The notes under the pieces: model-generated
Told to the model about the DNA's origin: nothing
Seen by the model: only the letters and a program-made list of their open reading frames with translations
The model's database searches: none
NCBI GenBank assembly: GCA_037447605.1
Contig: CM074805.1
Location: forward strand, 3,629,361-3,693,360
DNA: 64,000 nt
DNA from: Zygnema circumcarinatum SAG 698-1b
Taxonomy: Eukaryota > Plantae > Zygnematophyceae
Direction: 5' to 3'
Shown: positions 23,786 to 36,550 of the stretch, in pieces
Layout: each line of letters begins with the position of its first letter
Numbering within the stretch: the stretch's first letter is position 1
Translations under genes and position numbers: made by a program

Positions 23786-26700
23786 ATGGCTAGTAGTAGC
23801 AGAGACATGGCGAACATGGACTGCAACTCGGACAGCACTTCCAGAGGTGGGAGCAAATCAGGCGGGAGCCAGAGAGCGAGAGAGAGGGAGAGAGTTAGAG
23901 GAATAGGAGGCTCAATCGGGGACGAGAGAGGGTTAGAGAGCAAGGCCTCAGTCCTGGAGCCAGGAATCTCGTCAAACAATGTCGCCTCCAAGCCTTTTCT
24001 TTTTGGAAACTCGCAGGCAGACTTGGGTTTAGTTCCAAATTCTGCGCACCCCGCTCCTCAGAGCTCTTCAGGGCCGAAAGAAGGAGTTCCTGGAGCCCCT
24101 CCGATCGGAAATAGGCCTGCGCCATCTACTGGAGTCGCTGCTCCTAACAGAGCAGCGGGTGACTGGACTGAAGCTGTAGCAGCAGCCCTTTCAGCTTACC
24201 ACGCTTCAGTCACTCCCGACGCTGCTAGCAATGCAGCTGCAGCTCTTCTGCGAGGCGGACTGGTCGGAGCAACACCTCCCCGCGGACAAAGTGAATTTGA
24301 AGCAAAGAATCGTCACCAGGAATCTGAGCAGGGGAGGGTGGGTGACCGACAGGCCAACATTGCTCACCCTGTGACGTTGCCAGTCCAAAAGCAGAGAGGC
24401 GGTAGGGCAGCAAAAGCCGGTCCAGGGTCCAGGGGGGGTCCAGGGTCCAGGGGAGGCACTGGAGCTCGAGTTCGGAGAGCAAAGGAAAAAGCTGCGGCTG
24501 CAGCCGCCGCAGCAGCTGCAGCTGCTGCTCAGCCTGTGGGTTCAGGACAGAGGGAGGGGGTTCAAGGAGCTTCAAACACTATGCTCCGCCCAGCTGCAGG
24601 TTCTCTAGTGGCTGTTGCAGCTGCAAGGGGACAAGCTTTTCCGCAGGGGGGTGTACATATGGAGTCTTCTAGAGGGGCTCCTGATCTCGCATTAGGGCTG
24701 CTCTCTCAGTGCAGTGTGAAAGGGAAGCGGGGCAGCGTAAACGTGACAGGAAGCGTGGGTTCTGCTGGTAGCGCCCATTGGCATGGAGGGTCCAGGAGTG
24801 CTAATCAGGGGGTTGCAGAGCTGCCGGCTGAGCAGCTGCGGCAGGCAATTGGTGGAGGTAATGCAGGGGGACGGATGCCGCATCGAAGAATGCTGCAATT
24901 GAACGGTGAAAGCGCGCATTTCCAAGGTGAAACTCTCGTCCGCGTCTCTCGGCTGAAACTCTGAAGGCAGAAAGGTTGAGAATGAGGTCATGTCTCACAT
25001 TCGCCAACTCACTGAGTCATGCAGCTCCTTGTTACTCTGTACCTCGGCACCTTTGCAAGGTATCTCCTTTTCTAGCATTTCTTAGGGGTAGCACCTCGAT
25101 TCTGTCACCGGAAACACCTTGACGTAAGGGATTTTTGGTATATGTTTGTGAACAGGCTCTGCCCCCTACGAATTAGAACCTTCTGTGAAGAATGTGAAAG
25201 CCGAAGAAGCAAGAAACCTAGGAGCCGCGTATCGGCAGGCTACTTTTCCTGAACAAAGCATGTTGCGAAAGGAAGAGATGGAAAGCAGGGATGGAAGGGA
25301 GCCTCTGCCACCTATGGCGAATTCTTATGAGAATGGACTGACTCTGAGTGAGTGTACCGCACCATGCTGCCTTTTTTTCTTGTTGTTATTTCTACTTTTT
25401 CGTTTAGGCAGTTAAAACAGTTCTTGCATCGACACGTTATCAGCGAGGGAATTGAGGTTTAAGAAGACTCCTTAAAGTTTTTGTTTGGTTCCCTTTTCAT
25501 GCAGGTATGGATGGCTTAGGCAGCAGTAGACCTGTAGATTTAAGCAAGCACACCACCGACATTCCCTTTGAAAACCTTTTGGCGGGATATTTTCCCAAAC
25601 CTGCGCATATGAATCAATCGAAAAGAGACCGAGCAGGACAGGTTGAAGGAGATTCATCATCAGGGGTAACCAACCGTCCTGTCCTTGAAATGGGCTCAGA
25701 AGTGGAGGTGTTGTAGGGAGAGCTGTACGTCTCCATATTGTAGAGAACGCATGTTCATCACTTCTGTTAGAACTCCTTGATTTAAAGGTTTCTAGGCTTG
25801 TTTTTGTGGTGTGAATGGGAGTAAAAACCAAGCTCCGCTTTAGAATGATTCAGGCTGTGTAGAAATCTGGAAGGTTAGTCATAGTTCTGTAATGTCTTCC
25901 CCTCTTGACATGCTGAGAACGACTGTATTTCTTCGTGGTTTCTTTGCAGGCTTGGAGTGTACTTGGACTCATGATGGCCAGTTGGGGACTCAATGGCGTT
26001 GCCCCATCTAGCAGCTCACCAATGGAAGGAATGTATTGGAATGGTAATGTTGCAGGCAAAACTGTTGACTCGGTAAGTCCCCTCTAAAACCTGCCTTTAG
26101 AAAACTGGGAACTGGAAACTGGAAACTGGGAACTGGGAATGCAGTTTTAAGGACGGTCCAAACTGAGGCAGGGTGGGATACGAGCTTTCATGTCAACGAA
26201 AAGGAAATTTAGGTCAATTGAAAACTGGTTCAATTGAGTTCCTTCTGTAACGAAGCACTGGTTTGGGGTCGCAGAGCTATGGAGGGAGAGCCCAACCAAG
26301 TCTCCAGTATTCGCCAAGAAAGCAGCCACACATTTTTTCTGTCAACAGTCTTCCGTTACTCAGTCTGGAGGATTTTATGGCCAAGCTGGAATGGCCAGGT
26401 GGCGAATTTCAATTGGATGCCATGTTGCGGCAAGGCATTATAGAGTCCGGATTGGGGAAAGAAAGATTTTCAATTGGTGCAGAAAGTTCCGGGTTGGGAG
26501 ATGCACTGAATGTGGAAGGAGATGAGGGGGCGACGGGAGATAGGCTTATGCATATGCATGCTGATGCAGAAGCAGGAAGGGGGGGGGTGGAGAGGGAGGC
26601 AGCTAAAGTATATAGTTTAGAGGATGGGCAGAGAGATGTGGATGAGAGGTCGTTGGGTCGGCAATCACTATTGGAAGGGAGCGGAGGAAAGGTAGATGGA

Positions 26701-29700
26701 GGGAGATTTGAAGTAAGTGGAAAGATGAACGGCATTGAAGAAGGGAGGAGTCTGTGGTCGGATAGCAGCAAGGCGCAGGAAGTGAAGGAAGAGGAGCAAA
26801 ATACAAGGCTACCTCTCCCGCTCGCCTCTGAGATGAATAGTGCGAATAGAGTAGCCATTGGGGAGAGTAAGCAGCCGGAGGAGAGGACAAGAGGCATGGC
26901 TGGAGGGGCTGAAGATCGATGGGGAAATGCAGAAAGGGATGTCGCAGAAACGGTGGAAGGAAGGAGTGGGTTGGAAGGGAGAGGGGGCGGGAGGGGAGAC
27001 GCAGAAGAAGCTGATGTAAGTAGTGGAAATAGTGGTGCTATTCTAGCTGAGGCACGGTCGCATTCTAGAACAATTGTGGAGGATGAGGAAGTCAAAAGGA
27101 AAAGCAGGAGGGCGGATGAAGGGGACGAGAGAGAAACGAAGAAGGGGAGACTGGAGGAGACATCAGTCGGAGAGATTGCAGAAGCTCAAAGGGAGCAAAG
27201 CATTGCAAAAATGAAAAGTCTTGAGCCTGCAAGGGCAGTTGATTTGGAAGGAATTGAGGAGGCTGATGAAGGAGGAGGCCCTCCCGCACCTTACGGCAGC
27301 AATGCAGGAGTGGATGGGAAGGCAAAGCTGAAAGGGCGGACAATTGGAAGTGGTGCAAAAGGGTACAAGAAAGAGAAGGAAAGTTCTGCAAGTGAAAAGT
27401 CGGGAGGCAGCAAAGAAGTAAGGGGAGCTCCGGCGGAAGGGGCTGGGGCAGGGAAAGAATCACATAGAGTCAAGGAACGAACTTTGAAGGAGAGAAGAGA
27501 GGCTGCAAAGTTGCGTGTGCAGATGGGAAAGCAGGAGAAGCAGGTGACAGAGGGTTCTCCTTTGCCTCCCAGCCCTGCCTCTACCTCTCCCCTTGATGCG
27601 TCTCCAAGCAACAGTCTCTCTCTCCCTGCTCCCCAGGAGGTGCCTGGAGGCACAACTCAGACTCGAACAGCAGCTGAGGAAGATGTGGGAGATGTGAGTG
27701 ACAGGAGTGGGAGTGGAGGCACTGCATCTGCCACAGGTGGAGAGACAACTCCTCCTCCTGCAGCCGGATTAGCCGGTGAAGGGAGGCCAACTACCACCAG
27801 CCGCCCTCCCTCGTCCTCTACCCAAAGCATTGTTTCCTCAGCCATGCCTGCTGTCAACGGAATCAGCAGCCAACCCCCAGCTTCACTCAATTCTGCGTTA
27901 CCTTTCGAATCTACTACGGTTGAAACAGAGCAGCAGCAACAGAAGTGGGCTGAAAGGGAAGGAATGTATGCGAGAATGCTCGCTGTGGGAGACCCCTTGA
28001 TGCAGGGAGCAGTCCTGGGAGCCCAAACACTCCCTCGTGCTCGCCCCTCTAAAGCTGTTCCTCGGAGAAAGGCATCTCCCTTCTCTGCAGCCCTTACCGC
28101 TGCAAGCAAAGCCTTCAATGCGGGAGGGCTCCCTGCAGGGCCCCGTTCCTCCCCCTCCTCTGCAGCTTCTGCTTTGGCCCAGTCCTTAGCCTCGGGGACA
28201 GGTCTGGGGAAAGGGGGGAAGGAGAGAAAGCATTCAGAAGAGATCAGCAAACTGCGACTGGATGATCCGAACGATGCGGGCGAGGAAGGGAGCAGTGAAC
28301 TTGAGGGGGGAAAGGGGACAAGGGGAGGGACAGGAATGCATAGGCGAGCGTTGAGTCTGAGTAGCATTCCGAGCATTGATCCTGTAAGGGGGCTTTTGGA
28401 GCTGTCAAGTGCAGGGAAAGCTCAGCATGCAATGCAGCAATTGGGTTCGGATACTGGGGGGAAAGCTGCTTCAACTATTTGGCCAGCATTGAGTGGCGAT
28501 GAAGCCTCTTCTAGGCAGGTGACTGAAGGGACATTGAGTGCTGCGTTAGCAGCTGCAACAAGGGCTGCAGCAGGATCATCTCCGGCAGTAGGAGGCAGAG
28601 TTTCCCATCCTTCTGAAGGGGGAGTTGCCATCTCTGCTTCAGGAGATAGCAGGCTACCTCCGCTGAGTCCAGTTCGGAACGACGCATCTCGAAAGCAGAG
28701 AACAACGCTGCAGACTCCAAAGGTGAGCAAAGAGATTGAAAGATCAGGTAAGGGGGGGGGGACCGGGAGAGCGGTAGAATCACGGGAAGGTCAAATGAAG
28801 GTGGAAGGAGAAGTAGCTTTGACTTCGTATAAAGATGGGGATAAAGAGGTGGCCCTTGAGGCCCTGCTTGCGTCGATAGCTTCAAGAGTGACAGCTATAG
28901 AGGGGAATAGGAGCAGTGCAGATGAGGGGGGGACGAGCATATTGGAGAAAGGGGCTGAAGCCGTGAAGAATGAAGAAGGACGGGAGACTCAGTTGAAGGG
29001 AGAGGTGAGTGAAGGTTTTGCGATTAGGCAAGCTTCACAGAAAAATGGCTTCGAAGGGACAGGGGGTAGTGGAGGAGAGGTCAATAAGGCAGGTGCTGCA
29101 GGGAAAGTTTCCGTAAAAAATGAGGGCATTGAAGTTCTTGCTGAGTATGCACTGGAAATAGAGGGCACGGAAAGTGCCGGCAATTTGGATCAGAAAGGCA
29201 CCGAAAAGAAAGGAGAGCAAAGAAGAGACCAAGGAACATCGATAGCCACATATGATGCCGAAACTGACTCGCACCAAGGTGAGGGTGTACAGAAGAATGG
29301 AGCTGAGCCTGGGCAGGAAAATGTTCCAAGTGGTGGAACTGTTGAAAATAAAGAAGCTGCTTTGGCAGAAAGCCAAGAACGAACTGTAGAGCGTGCACTG
29401 CTGCAAGAAGAAGGAACTTCCAGAAAACGAATGAGAATGCGAGTAGGGGAGAGTGGGAGGTCTGGTAGTCGTGGATTGGGCAAGGTGAAGGATGTGGCGG
29501 AGTCACCAGATGGAGAGAGTGGGGAGCAAAGCACGAACGGGAACAGTACAAAGAATGGTGAGCCTTGGGTCAAACGATTCAAAGCCACAAAAGAGGATGG
29601 AGTGAACGTGAAAGCGGAAGCCATAGAGAAGCAGAGGTCAGCGTTTGTTGGGCAAAGTGATAGCGTTGTGCGGAGTGGGAGTGAGCCCGAGAAGCGAGGC

Positions 29701-31223
29701 GAAGGGGGAGAGGATGAGAGAGGTGGGACAGCACTCGCGAGCATTAAGAAAGAACCCGTGGAAGGGAGGGAGGCTGGCAATGGAAAGGCCAGTCATGAGG
29801 GAAGAAGCAGTCTGGCCACAAAAGGCAATGATTCGATGAGTGATGAGAGCGACCTTGAGATGGACGATGACTCAGGTGAGCCTTTGCTGTTACGGAACAG
29901 AACACTGCAGATAATGGACATTTCAGTTTTTTCCTTCTCTATCATAAACCTTGACTTGCTGTGTCCGGCCAAAGTTGAGGCATGCTATAAGCGGGGAGGC
30001 GAGTGGAGTGCAAGGGGAGCTGCTTGCTACACCTTCCTTCTTCTGATCTTGACCTGCAATGGGAGGGGTATTTTGATTCTGCAGATGCCATGTCTCCTGG
30101 GGCAGCGGCAGCAGCTCTTATGTTGTGCAGCCTCTCTGGGGGGCATGTGGGCTTACGCGTGCTGGAAGAGAGGGAGAGTGAGAAGATGAAGGCATCGAAA
30201 CCACTGCACGTGCGCGGTAAGGGTGGATCGCAGAGTGGAAGCAGAGCTGCTGTCAAGGTCGGTAGTCCGCGCACAGAGCGACCAAAAAGTATTCAGGAAG
30301 TGAAAGTGAAGCATGGAAGAGATGACAATGCTGGAACGAGCTCTGCTCAGAAAGATCGCGGGAAAGCAGCAGGTGCTAGATCGAAACAGGAGGCAGGCAA
30401 AGCAGTAACCCCTCGGAAGAGAGCTGAAAGAGGGGGTGCAGCAGCTGGGAGTGAGGGAGGAAAATTTGGGAGCGGTTCTGCGAAGGAAGACGCTCTGCCC
30501 CTCGGCAGTGTGGTAGTGAAGGGGACGGCTACCAAACGACCCCCTTCACCACTTCCTTCGAAAGGATATGCTGTGGGAGAGGCAAAGGGAGTGCTCCCTC
30601 CCAACGTGTCAAGTTTAAGGATGCGACCTCCATCTCCGTCGACCAAGGCGCCGCCATCACCTCAGAGCAGAGAGAAAAGGCTTTCATTGGATGCAAGTCG
30701 AGACGACAGTCAGGAGTCGGGTCCGGTTGCAAAAGGAAGAGTGAGAAAAAGAGGAGGAGGTGGGTTGAAGGGGCAGACCACGGGGAGGTGTGGGGATGCG
30801 GAACGAATGGAGGGACCGGTTGGAGCATTAGGAGGGGAGAGGGCGAGTTTGGAAATGAGAGGGAAGGGGCAGGAGGAGGAGGCAGAAGAGGAGGACGTGA
30901 CAAGACATCGGATGGCAGGGGAGGAGGGAAATGGTAGGGTTAAAGGTGATGGGGAGGTGAAAAGAGACGAGAACGTGCATGGTGGAGGGGAAGATTCCAA
31001 GGAAATGAGAAGGCGGAAAAAGCGGCGAGAAGATGATCAAGGGTTGTCAGGGAAGGGGGTGGGAGGAATTAGAGGAGATGGAGGAGAGAAGAGGGGAGAA
31101 AGGAAAGGACAGCAGGAGAGTTCTGAAGGCAATGAAGAAAGACTGCACCCTGGCGTTAAGGTCAGAAGACTTTCATCCATAGAGCTTGCGAGTAGGATGG
31201 GACACGGCAAAGCAGGGAAGTGA
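23786..31223 (+). CDS. Very large, mostly disordered hypothetical protein (over 2000 aa), multi-exon
   Basis: Long open frames 23786-24964, ~26350-29875 and 30085-31223. The 29875|GT...AG|30085 splice is in frame. Small candidate exons lie near 25185-25350, 25507-25707 and 25951-26071. G/E/S/A/R-rich, with basic NLS-like stretches. Internal exon joins are uncertain. Confidence 0.65.
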
Positions 31224-32153
31224 TGGTGTGGGTTCCCCCTTCCCTTTGCAGACCAGTGTGAACCGCATTCGAAGCTCCTGATTGGGAGCTTACCACCTCA
31301 GATCAAACCACCTCTAATTTTGGCAGGACATTGCTTAGGCTGCTGTAGGTTCATTCGTGATTGTCAGGCTAGCTTTCTTTTCCTGTTCGTGAGGTTCAGT
31401 TTGTGTATATAAATGGCCTCAACATCGGGTACCTATTCCGATCTCACTTGTTCTGTTCCTACGGCGGTTGTGAATGTTCTATGCTACTGTAACTCATCAA
31501 GTTAAATTGTGAAAGTGGCTCTGCACAAAATGGATGTGGAGCGCAATGTCAGCATAAGGCCATTCTTTTATTCTCAATGCTATTCACTCATTCGTGCACG
31601 TCAAAACTCTCCTTGTTTGTTTTGTATCTCCTCACCCTTTTGCTTTTGGGCAGCAATTTTAACGCCTATCTTGTACATGAGAGTGCTGCATGTGATGTAT
31701 GGGTTGTATGGCACGTGTGGATGTATGGTTGCATGATACAACCGATTGTAGTTGCACACGAAAATAGCATGTTACTCGTTTTTTTTTTTTTTTCCCCTCC
31801 ACTTATGTTTGTCTTTTACTGTTTCATTCTAGAAAGAAAAAAAAAGAAAGAAAGTCCGATGTCGTTTTGAAAGTACCGTATACAGTCAGGAAGATGTCAA
31901 TGTTCCGACATCCGGACCAGTGCTCACTGAAACTGTTCAGGCGCAAAACTTTCGCGAAATCAGTTCCTATGTCGGCTATGTGCAGTAAAAGTGTTCAGCT
32001 CCGCGAGACTGTATGCGACTTCGCGGTTTTCGAGGCGTATCGTTTCTCAAGCCAATTGCTTCTGTTTCAGACGCGGCCTCAAGAGGAAGAAATGTTGAAA
32101 GAGTGGAGGCAGCAGCCAGCAGTGCAGCCATGCTGCAAACCTACCTTTCAACC

Positions 32154-34412
32154 TTACGCTGCTCCAAAGATAGGCGGCCCCGCTGGCAGGGTCGGGGCCG
32201 TCTCTGGGCGCACAATTTTAAGGAGGGGATGTTGAAAATCCGCGTGGCCTTCCCGCGCTTCGCAGCGTTCGCACATGTCAAAGTCGGGACAGATTGTGCA
32301 GCGATAGCGGATGCCTACAATGGGGAAAGTCCTGTTCACGCGGTAGACACAGTCAGTTCGGCGCTGCTTTCAACAAGTGACTGCAAGTGAGAGAGCTACA
32401 CAGTTGCTTAGCTGCACAGACGAGAAGACGCGGAGTTCAGCGCAGGTTTAGAGACGAGATGAGACTTACCCGCAGACATCGCATTTGACTCCCATGTGGA
32501 CGAACCCTCTCCGGGACCAAAGGGCGAGATTGCGACCATAGAGATGCATTTTGGAGGTGTCGATGCGAAGCATGAGATGGTCGTGATAATGAATGGGCCC
32601 CAAAAGGGAGTGCTTATCGGGGCAGCATTTTTCGCAGAGGTCATAGTCAGGGCACACCGTACACCTGTACTGCAGTGCTCCGACTCTCACCCTCTCATAG
32701 CAGCCATCACAGGTGTACGCTACAGCAGCCGGTGGAGCGGTCCACATGGAAGGAGGAGAAGCTGTTGAGCTGCCTCCTTCTGTCGGCCGCCCAGAAAATA
32801 ACTGTGACACCAGGGAGCCGAAAAAGTCCCCTTTGGTTTGAGCCTCTTTCATCTTCTTGGAGATGGCCGCCATGGCTGCTTCTTCCACAGCTCCTGTGCT
32901 GGTTGCTAAGTACCACTGCACTGTCACTCGCACAGGATAGCGCTCATCTCGGCGGTATCGTGAAAGCAGCCATGGGTGTGGAAAGAGCCCCTGAGCTTCA
33001 CCAACGCTCACTATGGCTGGCTCAACTGTTCCATCTGCAGACATCGCAAGGAAGCCATCGTCTATGGCGGAAGGAGTAAGCGCAGGAGAGGAGAGCGCAG
33101 AGAAGGCGAAGAACTGCGAACTTGAAGGTGCATTAGAATGGTTCGCCCCAAACGCTGCAGGGCTAGCAGAAGCGGTTCCGAATAAGCTGCAGCTTGGAGA
33201 AGAAGAAGACGAAGGCGAAACTCCAAAGGCTGGAGAAGGAGCGCTGCCTAATGAGAAGCAACTCGAAGCAAAAGTTGGGGCGGAAAACGGATTGTTTGAT
33301 GCTGGCGACGAACACGGATAGACGGGGTTATGCGCTTTTGTAAGAGGCACCTGCACACAGATTCACAGAAAGAGTTCACGTCTCTCAGATCGGTCCTGAA
33401 TAATGGAAATTTGAAGTGTTTATATTATTGATTAGGAAGTTCCTGTTACTCTTAATCACCTACCTGTATGACGAGAACAACATTCTGGCGGCGCTCTTCT
33501 GAAGTCATCACGCCCTCCGCAAATACTCCGCGCTGCAGTCGGTCGCTTTCCAGGCGTATTCCAACAAAGGGACATTTCAAACCGTGGGCATTGTGCCATA
33601 GGCGCTTGTCTGCTCCTGCAAAAGCACACACACACAAAACTCAAGCAAAAGGTCTGTGAAGATATCAAATTGTCTCCTCGGAGAACCTCTCCACTATCAA
33701 GTGCGCGGCCGTTCGGATTGTAGCGTAAGAAACTGCACGTTTATGCTGATTCCATAACGAGCAAATACTTACCTTGTGCCGCAGTTAAAATCTGAACACT
33801 GCTCCCGTGCGCCGTAACCAAAATTACTAATACCGCTGCGTTTTCCTGCTCCAAGGAAGTTCCAAAAGCATGCAGCTCGAGGTTGAACACAGTCTTCTCA
33901 TTCGCAGATTTCCCCACTGGAAGGAGCGCTGCCTGTGAAGTGACGACAGCGTGGGAGTCTCTCGTCGGAGCGAGCAGGCCGTGCTGCTGAAACGGAGCTA
34001 CATTCTTGATGTTGCGCAGAACTTCGTTCAAGGGAACAGAACGCAGCTCACCAGGTCTATTCAAAGGAGATGAGACGAAACGAGAGTAGGCATCGAACGG
34101 GTTCAAAAAAATAGGGTTCCCAATATCGAAAACTAGGGGAATGCTCGCCATGGGAACGTCCCACGAAAAATCAGCAAAGTTAGGATTTCGGATGAGGGGC
34201 ATGCGGAAACCATCCGCAACCACTGATAAGTTTCCAAGGAAAGGGCCAAAATTCGAAAACTTGAAGCGCCCGCAGTCCTCCCACGAAGTGTTGGTTATTT
34301 GCAAACCGTATTTCGCCGCCATAGCCTGCGCTTCTGCATCTTGATACAGGCTTGACGCCCTTTGGAAAGCTTCTGTTCGCTGACAATAAAGAGGAGTAGA
34401 GCCGCCTCCCAT
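32154..34412 (-). CDS. Uncharacterised globular domain fused to two ZZ-type zinc fingers
   Basis: In-frame exons 34412-33773, 33615-33464, 33350-32470, 32331-32154. ZZ1: CDGC...YRCTVCPDYDLCEKC...HYHDH. ZZ2 is reassembled by splicing: HMGVKCDVCG|TFPIVGIRYRCTICPDFDMCERC...H..FQH. The start codon may lie further upstream. Confidence 0.85.
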
Positions 34413-34669
34413 GAGTGCGAGAGACGCCAACAACTCGCCGCTAAGTACCCTCCGCGCGTGCGATAACGGGAAACCGGAGCTGCCTGTAGGGATTGTGTCT
34501 CTTTTCCTCCACACCTTCGTGCTGCCTCTCTCCCTCCCCCCCTCCCCCTTCTCTCCCTCTCCCTCTCCTCCGCCACGGCCCCCAGGCGGCTCCCCGCGCT
34601 TTGTAGCCGGAGAGAGGGTGCCCCTGCGCCGCTGAAGGGCGAGGACTGTACAGCCAGATGGCAGGCGCT

Positions 34670-34880
34670 GACTGGTTCACGTCGGTTGCGTGCTATCCAC
34701 GCAATGACTTGCCGTGCACTGCACGCCGCCGGGTCAAAGAGGAATCTAACTGCCAATGACGCACTGCCACGTTTACATCCACGTGGACAGCAAGGACATC
34801 CACGTGGTGGAATCACGCCGTCGACCAATCCTGACTCAGAGCGCGTCGGGGCGAATCAGCGGCAGCCACGTCATCCAGCT
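34670..34880. promoter_or_regulatory. G-box (ACGT-core) cluster upstream of the ZZ gene
   Basis: ttcacgtc, gccacgtt, acatccacgtgg twice (direct repeat) and gccacgtca, plus ccaat boxes, 250-470 bp upstream of the ATG. Confidence 0.4.
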
Positions 34881-35049
34881 CCTATCGCAGCCAGCGAGGA
34901 CGAGCCGGTAACCCGGCGGGCCGTTGACCGTTGACTGCAGCCCGCCGTCCGTACACTCAGCAGCTGCGGCCGGGCGGAAGCATTGTCGTATTCGCGGGCG
35001 GGTGGACTGCGGTTGATCAAGTCGACTTTTCGTACTGTTCGGGTCGGTA

Positions 35050-36155
35050 CAGTAGGGGGTCCTCATATTTTCCACCCTGGTTCCGGGCAAAAAGAGGCGA
35101 AAATATTAAATTTGCATATATAAGGTTCGTGTTACGAATAGACGGGCGGTATTATGTTAGAGTTCATGTTGAACCGTACGTATCGCACCGTACCATATCG
35201 TACCGTACCGTACTGTATCATTTAGAATCGTATCGTATCGTGACATATCGTGACGCATGTACTGTGGTACATACTGTCGTCATCCAACCATCGGGGAGTT
35301 TCGTATCGTATCGATCATATCGTATTGTATTGTATCGTATCGTATCGAAGTCAAGAAGACGGGGAGAAGAGCGAGCGCCTCTTACGGCGGCACGAGCGGG
35401 GAGATTAGGTGCGTTTTGCGTAAGCCCGTACAGTAGGACCCCGTCATATTTTCCACCTACATTTGGCAAAAATCGGGCGAAAATATTGTATTTGGCAAAT
35501 ATAAGGTCCGTGTTACCAATAGGCGAGCGGAATTATGTTAGAGTTTATGTGTGTCCGTACATATCGTATCGTATCGTATCGTGTCGTTTTCTGTCATATC
35601 GCAGCGCATCGTACCGTAACGTATCGTGGCAAACCGCATACAGTACATGAAGCACGCCTTAGCGTTTACTGAGGCAGCAAACCGAACAGCTTCGAGCCCG
35701 TAACGGCTACTACAGCTCGTACGGCTAAGTACGGATATAGCCGTATCGGGGCGTATCGTATCGTATCGAAGCCAAGAAGAAGTGGAGAAGAGCGAGCGCC
35801 TCTTACGGCGGCACGTGCGGGGAGAACAGGTGAGTTTTGCGTAAGCCCGTGACGGCTAGTACAGCTAGTACGGGTAGTACGGTTAGTACGGTTAGTTTGG
35901 ATAGTACGGACAGTACGGCTAACACAAGTTACCGTACAAAAAGGTGGTTTCGGCAAAATCGGGGCGAATTTCTTGGGGACGCACTTTTGATGGTGGAAAA
36001 TATGACGGGGTCCTACTGTAACGGCTAGTACAGATAGTACGGACAGTACGAACAGTACGGCTAACACAAGTTACCGTACAAAAAAGTGGTTTCGGCAAAA
36101 TTGGGGCGAAAATATTGAGGACGCACTCCTTGGGGTGGTAAATACGAGGACCCCC
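35050..36155. mobile_element. Tc1/mariner-type MITE, outer copy, interrupted by a sister copy
   Basis: TA|CAGTAGGGGGTCCTCATATTTTCCACC left end; degenerate right end GGTGGTAAATACGAGGACCCCC. Internal modules and (CGTAT)n tract are shared with the other copies. Confidence 0.75.
35431..36018. mobile_element. Tc1/mariner-type MITE, inner copy (588 bp)
   Basis: Perfect 27-bp TIR CAGTAGGACCCCGTCATATTTTCCACC, with a TA duplicated on both sides. Confidence 0.9.
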
Positions 36156-36550
36156 CCCGGTGGACACCTTCCTTCGCCAGTGCGCCCATCGCTCCTTCGA
36201 GATGCACGGCCCCGGAAGCCCTCCTCCGGCGATCTTGGCTACCTTTTATCGACAGCGTATTTCCGTCGCCCTTCAGCGTTGCCTCGCTTCTACGCTTCTT
36301 CGGCGTGCTGCAGTTGTTGGTGATCGTGTTGGTGGACTTCCGCCGCTCCCTCCTCGCGACGTGCCTCACATCGGTGACCTTCGCGGCTGCTTCTAGGGCT
36401 GCGTTGTTGTGCCTAGGCGTAGTTTTCCGCTCTAGCTTTGTTTTATTGTGTTTTGGTCCTTTGTGACCAGTCCTTCGTGGTTCCACATTTTGCCTTTGTC
36501 CATGTACATTTGATGGCCTCGCCATCGCGAGTTCAATGAAAGTTTCCCTT

